From NCBI GenBank assembly GCA_965204725.1, contig OZ242005.1, forward strand, positions 2,816,001 to 2,880,000: a DNA stretch of 64,000 nucleotides, read 5' to 3'. Position 1 is the first letter of the stretch. Each line of letters starts with the position of its first letter. Origin of the DNA: Candidatus Latescibacterota bacterium (GTDB taxonomy: Bacteria; Latescibacterota; UBA2968; UBA8231). Shown here in pieces: positions 54,268 to 62,919 of this stretch. Below the pieces are notes generated by a model. That model worked only from the letters and a program-made list of their open reading frames with translations. It was not told the DNA's origin and did not search any database. The translations under genes were made by a program, and so were the position numbers.

Positions 54268-56739
54268 ATGCCTAGACGCAATTTCACCCCCCCCCTACCC
54301 TCTCAACGCGAACCCCGTATCACTCCCCCCCCCGGGGGGAGTAGCCGCCCTCGGCGGCGGTGGGGGGCCATCTCGGTGCTACTCTTACTCGTCGTTCCCC
54401 CGCCCCTACCCGCTCAGGACCTAGTTTTTGCGGGAGCGGATTTTGCGGCGTGGAATCATCCGGCCGGGCTCGTCCAGATCGGCACCACCGGAATCACTGT
54501 CAAGCGTTTTGGCACGACGTTCAATGCGGTCGCCAATGCCAGCGAATTTTCATCCGTTACCATTGGCGACTACGGCCTCTTGCCGGTGCGCGCTCCCTCC
54601 AATCAGGCCCAAGCCAGACTCGTGGCCGACCAAGACCCCAACACCTATTGGCAGCCCGACTTAGGCGATCCGCTCCAGCAGTGGTGGCTAGAGGTCGATT
54701 TGAAGCGTGCAGTCGTCGCTCGCAAAATTCGCGTGATCTTTCCCCAAACCGAGGACGCCCGGCCCTTTGAATTCTTTTCGCTCCACGTCAGCCCGGGCAT
54801 TCAGGTCGCGGGTGCGCCGGGCAAGCAGGTCGCGTTTGAGCGCGTTGGTCGCCCGGTCAACAACAACGCCGAGCAGGTGGTAGAGTTCGATCTCAAAACC
54901 GCCAACAAGGCTCCTGCGAGCGAAGTGCCCAAAGGGCAGTTCTTGGCAAAGAGCGACAGCTTGGATTTTTCCATCCTCCGCTTTGTGCGCTTTGAAGCGG
55001 CCGGCCAAACCGCTGGCGCGGCCCTCGCCGAAATCGAGGTGGATGGCATTGGCTTCAACCTCTCGACCCGGGTGTTTACCGAGGAGCGCGCGGAAAAGGG
55101 CGAGGAGTCATGGGGCGGCCGGACGTGGACTTCAAGGGCCCGCGATTGCGATGGCTGCGGCAAGGCCAGCGGCGCGGAATTCCTCGTGGATGCGGACTTG
55201 GGCCGGCGGCTGTGGAGCATCCAAGCCTCTTCGGGCGATCGCGATTGGCGCGACGATGGCGTCTGGTCGGTGATCGACTTTGGCAGCGTGTTCCGCATCG
55301 ACCGGATAATTTTCGTGCCGCTCATCGGCGGCCGCAGCCCGTGGCTGTACGGCTACCAGCAGGGCGCGGTGGGTGGCTTTCCCATGTTCGACCTCCTGAC
55401 CTCCGACGGCAGCCCGAGCAATACGGCCGACCCGCAGGCCGAGGGGCCGTTTGAATACGAGCTGTTGTCCGAAGTGCGTACCAGCTACCCCTTCAACGAC
55501 TTCCAATTTCCCACCCGCGACACGCGCCTCATCCTCTGGCGCGTGATCGGCTTCTATGGCCGCGACGCCAATGCCTTGCAGCTTTTTGCCTTTCACCGCG
55601 CGGGCTATCCCAAGCGCGTCGAGTTGGAGTCCGACGACCTCGACTTGGGGGCGGCGCGCAGCATCCGGCGCGTTGAGTGGGACGCCGACCTGCCGGCGGG
55701 AACGCGCTTAGAAGTGCAGACCCAAACGGGCAATGGCTTTACCGAGGTTACACGCTACTTTCTCAAAAACGGCAGTGAAGTCACCAAGGAAGCCTACGAA
55801 GCGGCGCGCAAGCGCTATCGCGGCGACATTGTGCAAGAACAGGTGCGCGATGCGACTTGGAGCACATGGAGCCGGCCGCATCGCTTTTCCGGGCAGGGCT
55901 TTCAGTCGCCTTCGCCGCGGCGCTACCTGCGGACGCGCATTCGCCTGTACAGCGACGACCTAGACGTGTCGCCGGTGCTGCGCTCGCTACGGATTGTCGC
56001 CAACGATCCGGTCATTTTTGCCGGCTTGAGCGGCTCGGTGTGGCCGCGCGAAGCCGCCCTCGATACGCGGACCGAGTTTCGCTATACCATTAAGCCGCAG
56101 GCGTTCAACAGCCGCGACCCCGGGTTCGACCAAGTGTTGATCGCCCTGCCGCCGGGCAGCGCGGATGCTCAGTTGCTTGCGGTGCGCGTGGGCGGGCAGC
56201 CGGTGGAGGCGAGCGGCTCGTTGCGCGGCGATTCCCTGTGGGTGCAGCTACCGCCGCCGGTGGTGCGGCGCGACTCGGTTGACATTGCGTTTGCAACGCG
56301 GGTTTTTGCCAGCCCAACGGTCTTTGAGACCTTCGTCTTTAACTCTGCTCAAGAGGACAACGGTCAGGGGGTCGTGCCGGCCGAGTTGGGGGCCGATCAA
56401 GTGTTTGTGCCCGAGGTGGTGCAGGGCGTCGCGCTCATCCGCAACGTGCGCCACGCCGCGCTCTTCACGCCCAATGGCGACGGAATCAACGACCAATACG
56501 ATCTGAGCTTCACGGTCGTCAAGACCGACAAGCAGCCGCGCGTGCGCGTCTTTTCCCTCGCTGGCCGCCTCATCGCCGAGTTGGCAAACGCCACGCCGCG
56601 CGGTGCTCGTGCGAAGTATGCTTGGGACGGCCAGAGCAACGGCGAGGTCGTGCCGCCGGGCATCTACCTAGTGCAGGTCGAATTGCAGACCGATCCGAAA
56701 GCCGAGGTCGTTCAGCGGAGTGTGCGCATCGTATATTAG
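54268..56739 (+). CDS. Secreted protein with FlgD-Ig/CTD C-terminus (long type)
   Basis: DQDPNTYWQPD..DP..QWWLEVDL; WSTWS, SPSPRRY, VWP; FTPNGDGIND...WDG...VPPGIY...RIVY-stop. Start codon uncertain. Confidence 0.72.
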   Translation: MPRRNFTPPLPSQREPRITPPPGGSSRPRRRWGAISVLLLLVVPPPLPAQDLVFAGADFAAWNHPAGLVQIGTTGITVKRFGTTFNAVANASEFSSVTIGDYGLLPVRAPSNQAQARLVADQDPNTYWQPDLGDPLQQWWLEVDLKRAVVARKIRVIFPQTEDARPFEFFSLHVSPGIQVAGAPGKQVAFERVGRPVNNNAEQVVEFDLKTANKAPASEVPKGQFLAKSDSLDFSILRFVRFEAAGQTAGAALAEIEVDGIGFNLSTRVFTEERAEKGEESWGGRTWTSRARDCDGCGKASGAEFLVDADLGRRLWSIQASSGDRDWRDDGVWSVIDFGSVFRIDRIIFVPLIGGRSPWLYGYQQGAVGGFPMFDLLTSDGSPSNTADPQAEGPFEYELLSEVRTSYPFNDFQFPTRDTRLILWRVIGFYGRDANALQLFAFHRAGYPKRVELESDDLDLGAARSIRRVEWDADLPAGTRLEVQTQTGNGFTEVTRYFLKNGSEVTKEAYEAARKRYRGDIVQEQVRDATWSTWSRPHRFSGQGFQSPSPRRYLRTRIRLYSDDLDVSPVLRSLRIVANDPVIFAGLSGSVWPREAALDTRTEFRYTIKPQAFNSRDPGFDQVLIALPPGSADAQLLAVRVGGQPVEASGSLRGDSLWVQLPPPVVRRDSVDIAFATRVFASPTVFETFVFNSAQEDNGQGVVPAELGADQVFVPEVVQGVALIRNVRHAALFTPNGDGINDQYDLSFTVVKTDKQPRVRVFSLAGRLIAELANATPRGARAKYAWDGQSNGEVVPPGIYLVQVELQTDPKAEVVQRSVRIVY

Positions 56740-56864
56740 AAGCGGTCTGGATTCCGCCCCGTGTCGGGGCACGGGGTGACGTTCTTTCGCGGGAATGACG
56801 CCTCTAGGGAAAAAAACGGTGCCGATCAACATTCCATGCTTTCGAGTCATTTAGGACTGCTATA
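56739..56864. mobile_element. Chimeric MITE/REP element
   Basis: Family-B-like start GAAGCGGTCT; REP interrupted by a CCCCGTGTCGGGGCACGGGG hairpin; then a family-A arm ending TTAGGACTGCTATA, the reverse complement of 3003-3070. Confidence 0.75.
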
Positions 56865-56865
56865 T

Positions 56866-56910
56866 CAGGCCATAACCGAACATCGCAACAGGTCATAACC
56901 AAACATCGCA
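56866..56910 (+). repeat. Tandem 22-bp direct repeat
   Basis: CAGGCCATAACCGAACATCGCA / CAGGTCATAACCAAACATCGCA, period 23, ending 2 nt before ATG 56913. Confidence 0.8.
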
Positions 56911-56912
56911 CT

Positions 56913-57119
56913 ATGAAAATCAACTACTTTGAAGATACGGACACCGCACTTATCGAATTCACAGAAAACCGCGTCGCCGAGACCCGCAAGCTGTGCGAGA
57001 ACATCTACATAGACCTCGATAAGCAAGGGAACCTCGTCGCCATGAAAGTTGAACGCGCCGAGCAGAGCGCCAACATTCTAGAGTTCACCTTCGAGCGTCA
57101 AGCAAAAGCGACCGATTAA
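56913..57119 (+). CDS. DUF2283 domain protein (putative antitoxin, orphan)
   Basis: MKINYFEDTDTALIEF...ENIYIDLD..GNLV pattern; 68 aa. Confidence 0.8.
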   Translation: MKINYFEDTDTALIEFTENRVAETRKLCENIYIDLDKQGNLVAMKVERAEQSANILEFTFERQAKATD

Positions 57120-57146
57120 CCACACCAACCCTGTGGGAGGGAGGAC

Positions 57147-59780
57147 GTGAGACGTCTAACGATACGATTGCTTTATTGCGGTTTGCTCCTCGCCACGCCG
57201 CTGCCATCCGCGGCTTGGCGCGCCACCGGATTTGACAACCCCTATTACACTTCAGCCACCGAAGTCGCGCCCTCAACCCTCGTTCCTTCGGTCCGCAAGT
57301 GGTATCAGCCGCAGCGCCTGTACGAACTCTACGACTGGCGGCAAGACCAGTACTCCAACTACGCGCGCAACCCCTACCAACGCTACAACGACGTCTTCTT
57401 GGAGGGGTCGCCCTTTTACGACATTTACGGCTCGTATATCAGCCAAGGTTGGCAGGTGTACAACTGGACTGAAAACTATCCCACGGCCAGTGGCAGCAGC
57501 ATCTTCAAAAGCCCGCGCTTTAGCTCGTGGTTCAGCAACGTCCTCATCTCCTCCAGCCACTCTGGGCAGTTCCACTCCTCCCTGATGGTGGGCGACGGCA
57601 TCCGCACAACCCTGACGCCGCTCACCTTTTCCAAGCCGCGCTTCGACGGCGTGCAGTGGGACATGATGTCGGACAAATACGCCCTGACCCTGCTGACCTC
57701 GCGCATCAACAACGCGGGCGTCGTCGCGGGCGTCGCGGGCGAAACGGGTGTGCGGTTCAGCACGTTCACCAACTTGTGGGCTGCGAAAGGCCAAGTCAGC
57801 ATCGGCGACTTTTCCGATATTGGCCTAACATTTGTCAATGCGGCCCATCTGAATTCCAACATTCCCTTTGGCGACAATTCGCTCAAAGGCCAACTCAGCG
57901 GACCGATGAACAACGACTTCGTGCGCTCGATCATCGTGCGGATTTCCGACGACTCGCCCGAAGACGGCGAAGGCGGTGCCCTGCTGTCGCGCTGGCGCGT
58001 TTTCGCCAATGGCGTGGAGCACACCGACGACATCGCGCCCGTGGTTGAAGGAGGCTTTCGCCGCCGCGGCGTGATTGAAGCGAGCGGCACCGATGTAATA
58101 ACCCTCACGTTCAACATCGAAGACTTCGCGCCCACCATCGACGACAAAATCGACGACTTCCGCGAGATTAAGCACGTGGAGATCGGCCTAGTACTGGCCA
58201 ACGACTACAAAGTAGAGGTCGCTTCCAACAAACAGACCAACCAACTCGGCACCCCGGTGTTCCTGACCGTGCTGCGCGCCCCGGGCAACGTCAAAGACGG
58301 CGCCAACCAAGCCTTTCACACCTTTCGCTACGGCCTGCCTACGGGCAACCGGCTGCTCGGCTTTGACCTGTCGATCAACGACGTTGCCGGTTTTGACCTA
58401 AAGGGAGAATACGTGCGGAACTTCCAGTACCGCCGCTTCCCCAACGAAAACTTCATCCGCGATCAAGCCCTAGCTACCAACACGGCCGAAGCCTTTTACC
58501 TAACAGCGCAGAAGCGGCATTATCCATGGACGATCTTTGCCGAAGCCTTTAGCATGGACGCTGAGTACTCGACCCAAGCCTTTATCCCGAACTCCGAGGG
58601 CGAGGTGTACTACGGCAACGAACAGCAAAGCGCGTACGAGTTCGTCGATGACAACGACGATCAAGACGAATTGCCCGACTGGACCCGGCGCTACCACGGC
58701 CCGCGCGTCAACACCCGCCAAGGGGTGGGGCTGTTGACCGACAGCGCGGTCTTTCCCGGAATCGACGAAAACAACGACGATCTCTCGGATTTCAACCGCA
58801 ACTTCAACCGCTTACCCGACTACGCCGAGCCTTTTCTGCGCTTTGAGGTGGATCCCCCCGATTTTCTCTTTGGCATGGACATGAACAACAACGGGGTCAT
58901 CGACCGCTTTGAAGACGACGCCGAAGCAGACTATCCCTACAAACGCGGGCACCGGGGATACAACACTTATCTAGGCGTTGAAATCGCGCCGGATGTAAAC
59001 CTCATGGTCGGTCGGCTCGACGAGCGCCTGCTGAAAACCGCCCGCGAAAACGCGACTACGTACCTGCTCTTGACTGCAAGCGAAAAGTTCCCGCGCTACA
59101 ACCTGCAAGTACGGCTGATTGTCAATCCGCGCAAGGTTGCAGACGACATTCGCGACGACGTCTTTTTGTGGGTCGATACGCCCGGCACATTCGGGGAAGC
59201 GCGCTTTATGCGCGACCCGCTCGGGGCGCGCGATGCGTTTGTCAATACGACATATTTAGACGTGCGCTACGACCGCTATATCTCGTTTACCACCAAGGTC
59301 AAGTACGATCAATACACCCAATTAGGGTCGGTTGCTGAAGAGTTGAACAACCAGCGCTTTCTCGGGGTGATCAACAAGGCCCAGTACCCGTTCCACCTGC
59401 GATCTTGGGATTTGACCCTGAACTGGAAACAGCTATACAGCAATCGAGTGCCGGCCGACAAGGACGCGCTGCAAACGTCTGACCTAACGGAGATTTTCTC
59501 GCTGCTGGCCGGCCGCGAGATCAACCGCAACATGAGCTTTACGGCCGGCGTTGAATACGAGATCGCCAACAATCTGGGCGAGCAGCCCGAGGGGTTGCTA
59601 GAAGACGGCACTACGCTGGTGCTGGCCGGCCAAATAGCCAACCAATCGGCCTATCAGGGGTATGCGCTGACGACCAACGTCGGGCTGCGCTGGACCCGCG
59701 AAGACCTCGACTCCGCTCCTTCGTCGGCCAAGCTGTTTACCTTTATCAGCGTCTTCGCCGGGCTGGGCAAGGACCTGTAA
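57147..59780 (+). CDS. Large secreted/outer-membrane protein, family A copy 3
   Basis: GGAGG RBS; signal peptide; RKWYQPQ...YARNPY.RY...LEG..FYD.YG; DDSPED; DDNDDQDELPD; DMNNNGVID; ends TFISVFAGLGKDL. Confidence 0.7.
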   Translation: MRRLTIRLLYCGLLLATPLPSAAWRATGFDNPYYTSATEVAPSTLVPSVRKWYQPQRLYELYDWRQDQYSNYARNPYQRYNDVFLEGSPFYDIYGSYISQGWQVYNWTENYPTASGSSIFKSPRFSSWFSNVLISSSHSGQFHSSLMVGDGIRTTLTPLTFSKPRFDGVQWDMMSDKYALTLLTSRINNAGVVAGVAGETGVRFSTFTNLWAAKGQVSIGDFSDIGLTFVNAAHLNSNIPFGDNSLKGQLSGPMNNDFVRSIIVRISDDSPEDGEGGALLSRWRVFANGVEHTDDIAPVVEGGFRRRGVIEASGTDVITLTFNIEDFAPTIDDKIDDFREIKHVEIGLVLANDYKVEVASNKQTNQLGTPVFLTVLRAPGNVKDGANQAFHTFRYGLPTGNRLLGFDLSINDVAGFDLKGEYVRNFQYRRFPNENFIRDQALATNTAEAFYLTAQKRHYPWTIFAEAFSMDAEYSTQAFIPNSEGEVYYGNEQQSAYEFVDDNDDQDELPDWTRRYHGPRVNTRQGVGLLTDSAVFPGIDENNDDLSDFNRNFNRLPDYAEPFLRFEVDPPDFLFGMDMNNNGVIDRFEDDAEADYPYKRGHRGYNTYLGVEIAPDVNLMVGRLDERLLKTARENATTYLLLTASEKFPRYNLQVRLIVNPRKVADDIRDDVFLWVDTPGTFGEARFMRDPLGARDAFVNTTYLDVRYDRYISFTTKVKYDQYTQLGSVAEELNNQRFLGVINKAQYPFHLRSWDLTLNWKQLYSNRVPADKDALQTSDLTEIFSLLAGREINRNMSFTAGVEYEIANNLGEQPEGLLEDGTTLVLAGQIANQSAYQGYALTTNVGLRWTREDLDSAPSSAKLFTFISVFAGLGKDL

Positions 59781-59790
59781 TGGATGTTTA

Positions 59791-59892
59791 GAAGCGGTCT
59801 GCAAACTCTGATGGTCGTCTCTTGGGTCTAACCGATACCGGCTGGATTCCCGCGAAAGCGGGAATGACTCCTCATAAGCAAAAAGACCGTGC
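59791..59892. mobile_element. Partial chimeric MITE/REP element
   Basis: TTA followed by GAAGCGGTCTGCAAA; REP CTGGATTCCCGCGAAAGCGGGAATGAC at 59842-59868; CCTCATAAGCAAAAAGAC matches the reverse complement of 3049-3067. Lies between convergent genes. Confidence 0.72.
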
Positions 59893-61248
59893 TCAAGGCC
59901 GGGGCGTTGCGGCCGGAAAAGCAACTTCGGCGAGTGCTGCGGTATTTATTTCAATATCCGCGCTGTACTGCTCGCGGAGCCGCGCAATGAAGGCGTCCAT
60001 GGCCGCGGTTGCCGCCCGCTGCCTCAGCAGGGTTCCGATGCTGTTATAGACCAAGGATAGATCGGTCACTTTGCCGTCACTGCGAGTAAACAGCTCGATG
60101 TTGGCGTCGTAGTACGCGCGAATGTCCTCTTCAGTGATGGCCTGCTGGCTCACCCCCTTTTGGCCCTCGGCGCGATAGAGCCAATCGACGATGAGCGCGT
60201 CGCGCTTGCGCTCCACCTGCTCGCGCACCTCGCGGTCGCGGTCGTATTGCAGCTTGCGGCCCTCGGCCATCATAATCTGCACCCCGGCCAAGTTCTCGGC
60301 CGTCTTGTGGCGAGCGGCGCTGTCGAGCCGGCTGCGGCTCGTCGCTAGGGCGGCCCAGTACGCGGCCGTGGTCAGTTGGCCGCCGCGCCAACTAAAGAGC
60401 ACTCGCTCCTCGCCCTCGGGATCGGGCGCGGCCAAGGCTTTTAGGCCCTCGGGGTGGGCTGCTAGCTGGTATTCGCGGCGCAGGCGATGGACGTATTGTT
60501 CCATGTCGTCGGCCCGCTTTTGCACCCGCGCTTTTTCTGTTAGCCATGCGCGCTGGGCCGCAAAATCCAAGTGCCGCCGGTCGTCGAGCCGGAAGACGTG
60601 AAAGCCCATTTGGGTCTTCACCGGCTGCGGATAGAGTTGCCCCGCGGCCATGGTCCGCAACGGTTCCTTCAGCTCGGGCAGCATGTTGCCCATCTTGAAC
60701 CACCCCAACCGGCCGGCCGGGCCAAAGCGCCGCTGGATGGTCGCGGTCGAATAGATGGGCACCAGCGACTCAAACGGAGTGCCCTCTTGCAGGGCCGCCA
60801 GCACCTCTTGGGCCTCTTCCTCGGTCGCGCAGACAATGTGCCGGCTCAAGACCTCGACATCGTATTCGCGCTCTTGGGCAAAAGCCCGCAATTCGTCCTC
60901 GGTTGATGTGTAATCGCCGCGCAGGGCCTCTTCCTCGTACAGCTTGTTCACCACGGCCTTTTGCTCGGTGCGCTCGACTTCGCGGGCAATGCTCGGCTCG
61001 CGGTCGAGGCCGCGACGCAGCCCTTCGCGCACCAACAGCTCGCGGGCGATCACGCCGTTGAGCAGCTCCAGCTTGGCGTCCGCATTCATTTCCTCGAGGT
61101 GCTTGTAGCCCGTTTGCATCAGTTTTTGCGCTCGCTCCCGAAAGTCTTCCGGCGATAGGGTCGTTTCGCCAATGCGGGCGACATACCTAGGCTCAGGTTC
61201 GGCGCCAGAAGCTACGAGTGCGAGCAAGGCGATTGTTCTCAGTTTCAT
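59893..61248 (-). CDS. PpiC/parvulin-type peptidyl-prolyl isomerase (SurA/PrsA-like)
   Basis: VARIG, RHIVC..EEEA, F..L...YS, GRLGWF, PVKTQMGFHVF. Confidence 0.87.
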   Translation of the reverse strand: MKLRTIALLALVASGAEPEPRYVARIGETTLSPEDFRERAQKLMQTGYKHLEEMNADAKLELLNGVIARELLVREGLRRGLDREPSIAREVERTEQKAVVNKLYEEEALRGDYTSTEDELRAFAQEREYDVEVLSRHIVCATEEEAQEVLAALQEGTPFESLVPIYSTATIQRRFGPAGRLGWFKMGNMLPELKEPLRTMAAGQLYPQPVKTQMGFHVFRLDDRRHLDFAAQRAWLTEKARVQKRADDMEQYVHRLRREYQLAAHPEGLKALAAPDPEGEERVLFSWRGGQLTTAAYWAALATSRSRLDSAARHKTAENLAGVQIMMAEGRKLQYDRDREVREQVERKRDALIVDWLYRAEGQKGVSQQAITEEDIRAYYDANIELFTRSDGKVTDLSLVYNSIGTLLRQRAATAAMDAFIARLREQYSADIEINTAALAEVAFPAATPRP

Positions 61249-61264
61249 GCGACAAAATTCTCCG

Positions 61265-62917
61265 TTATTTGGCAGTCCGGCCCGAGGTTCTATGCTCTAC
61301 TTCTTCAACGACAATGTGCTGATTGGCCGCGACGTTTAAGAGGGTCTGTACCGCGCCGCTAGGCCAAAAAATTTGCAGTGAATCTACGTGGGCATGGCGG
61401 CCCAAGCCGAGGGTTAGGCGCACGTCGCTGCTGCCCATGTACCCGTAGCTGCGGCGAATTTCGCGCTTTTGCACGAGATCTCCCGCCACGGCGCGGATTT
61501 TGGCCCCGAGTCCGTCGCGGTTGCTGTGGGTGCCTACGGCTTCGACCGTCAGGTAATTATGACCGCTGTGGTCGTTGCGCAACAAGGTGCAGTGGGGCGC
61601 GTCCGAATCCGAGACGAAGATGTCAACGTCGCCGTCGTTGTCGTAATCGCCCAAAGCGGCACCGTGGCTGACGCGCTCGACGAGCATGCCCGGACCGCTG
61701 TCGTTGCTCACGTCGGCAAAGGTGCCATCGCCCTGATTGCGGAACAGTTGGTTTTGCTGCGGATAGGTCGTGTCCGGGTCAAATTCGCGCACGTTTTCAT
61801 CGAGATGGCCGTTGGTGACCAAGATGTCGAGGAAGCCATCGTTGTCGCTGTCAAAAAAGATCGCGGCCATGCCCAAGTAGGGCACACTCGGCGCGCCGAG
61901 CTGGGCGGCAAACGTCAGGTCGCTGAAAAAGCCGCCACCGTCGTTGTGGTAGAGCGTATTGGGCAGCCATTGGAAGGTGGCGAGGATGATGTCGAGCCGG
62001 CCGTCGTTGTCGTAGTCGCCAAAGTCCGCGCCCATAGCGGACTCAGCGCGCCCTTCCTCGTTGTACGCCACCCCGGCGATGATACCATGCTCGGCAAAGG
62101 TGCCGTCGCCGTTGTTGAGGAAGAGAAAATTGGGCTGCCGGTCGTTGGCGATAAATAGGTCCGGGTCGCCATCGTCGTCGCAGTCGCCAAACACCGCAGC
62201 GAGTTGACGGCCCTCGTCGTTGGACAAGCCCGCTGCGTGCGTCGCATTGACAAACGCGAGGTCGCGGTCGTTGCGATAGAGCACTCCAGACTGGCCGGGG
62301 TATGCGAGGGGGCCGCATATAGAGCGCGCCGCGCCCGTAAAGCACTCCTTGTTCGCGTCCAAATCGAACGCCATGTAATTGGCGACGTAGAGGTCTAAGT
62401 CGCCATCGCGGTCGTAATCGGCAAAGGCCGCATGAGTGCCCCAACCCGGGTCGCCGAGGCCGGCCCGGGCCGTCACATCGGCAAAGGCTCGACCTTGGCC
62501 CGCGTTGTGATAGAGGACGTTAGGCCCGTAGTTGGTCACGTACAAATCGGGGTTGCCGTCGTTATCTACGTCGCCGACCGCCGCGCCCATGCCGTACCCC
62601 GCATCGCCAGTGCGCACCGCCTCGGTGACATCTGCGAAGGTGCCGTCGCCCTCGTTGCGGTAGTGGGCATTGGTGCCGGGCGGGCCGTCATAACCCGGCA
62701 GAGCCGTGCCGTTGACGATGTACAGGTCGAGGAAGCCATCGCCGTCGGCATCGAAGAACGCCGCGCCCGAGCCGATGGCCTCGGGCAGGTACTTGCGGCC
62801 ACTCGCGCCGTTTACATAGCGGAAGTCAAGGCCAGCGGCGAGGGTCACCTCGACGAAGTGCGGGACGGACTGGGCATGGACGCTGGCGGCTGCCAATGCG
62901 AGAAGTAGCAGGAGCAC
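61265..62917 (-). CDS. CRTAC1-family protein (FG-GAP repeats plus ASPIC/UnbV domain)
   Basis: Repeated DxDxDGxxDL motifs; SNRDGLGAKI, GLG...VDSLQIFWPSG. Confidence 0.92.
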   Translation of the reverse strand: MLLLLLALAAASVHAQSVPHFVEVTLAAGLDFRYVNGASGRKYLPEAIGSGAAFFDADGDGFLDLYIVNGTALPGYDGPPGTNAHYRNEGDGTFADVTEAVRTGDAGYGMGAAVGDVDNDGNPDLYVTNYGPNVLYHNAGQGRAFADVTARAGLGDPGWGTHAAFADYDRDGDLDLYVANYMAFDLDANKECFTGAARSICGPLAYPGQSGVLYRNDRDLAFVNATHAAGLSNDEGRQLAAVFGDCDDDGDPDLFIANDRQPNFLFLNNGDGTFAEHGIIAGVAYNEEGRAESAMGADFGDYDNDGRLDIILATFQWLPNTLYHNDGGGFFSDLTFAAQLGAPSVPYLGMAAIFFDSDNDGFLDILVTNGHLDENVREFDPDTTYPQQNQLFRNQGDGTFADVSNDSGPGMLVERVSHGAALGDYDNDGDVDIFVSDSDAPHCTLLRNDHSGHNYLTVEAVGTHSNRDGLGAKIRAVAGDLVQKREIRRSYGYMGSSDVRLTLGLGRHAHVDSLQIFWPSGAVQTLLNVAANQHIVVEEVEHRTSGRTAK

Positions 62918-62919
62918 GG

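Noticed and set aside
31036-56739. Flagellar hook-cap (flgD) genes
   Set aside because: Only the C-terminal Ig-like domain is FlgD-like; the proteins have Sec signal peptides and there are no flagellar genes nearby.
56866-56910. Possible CRISPR mini-array
   Set aside because: Only two units separated by 1 nt, with no spacers and no cas genes.
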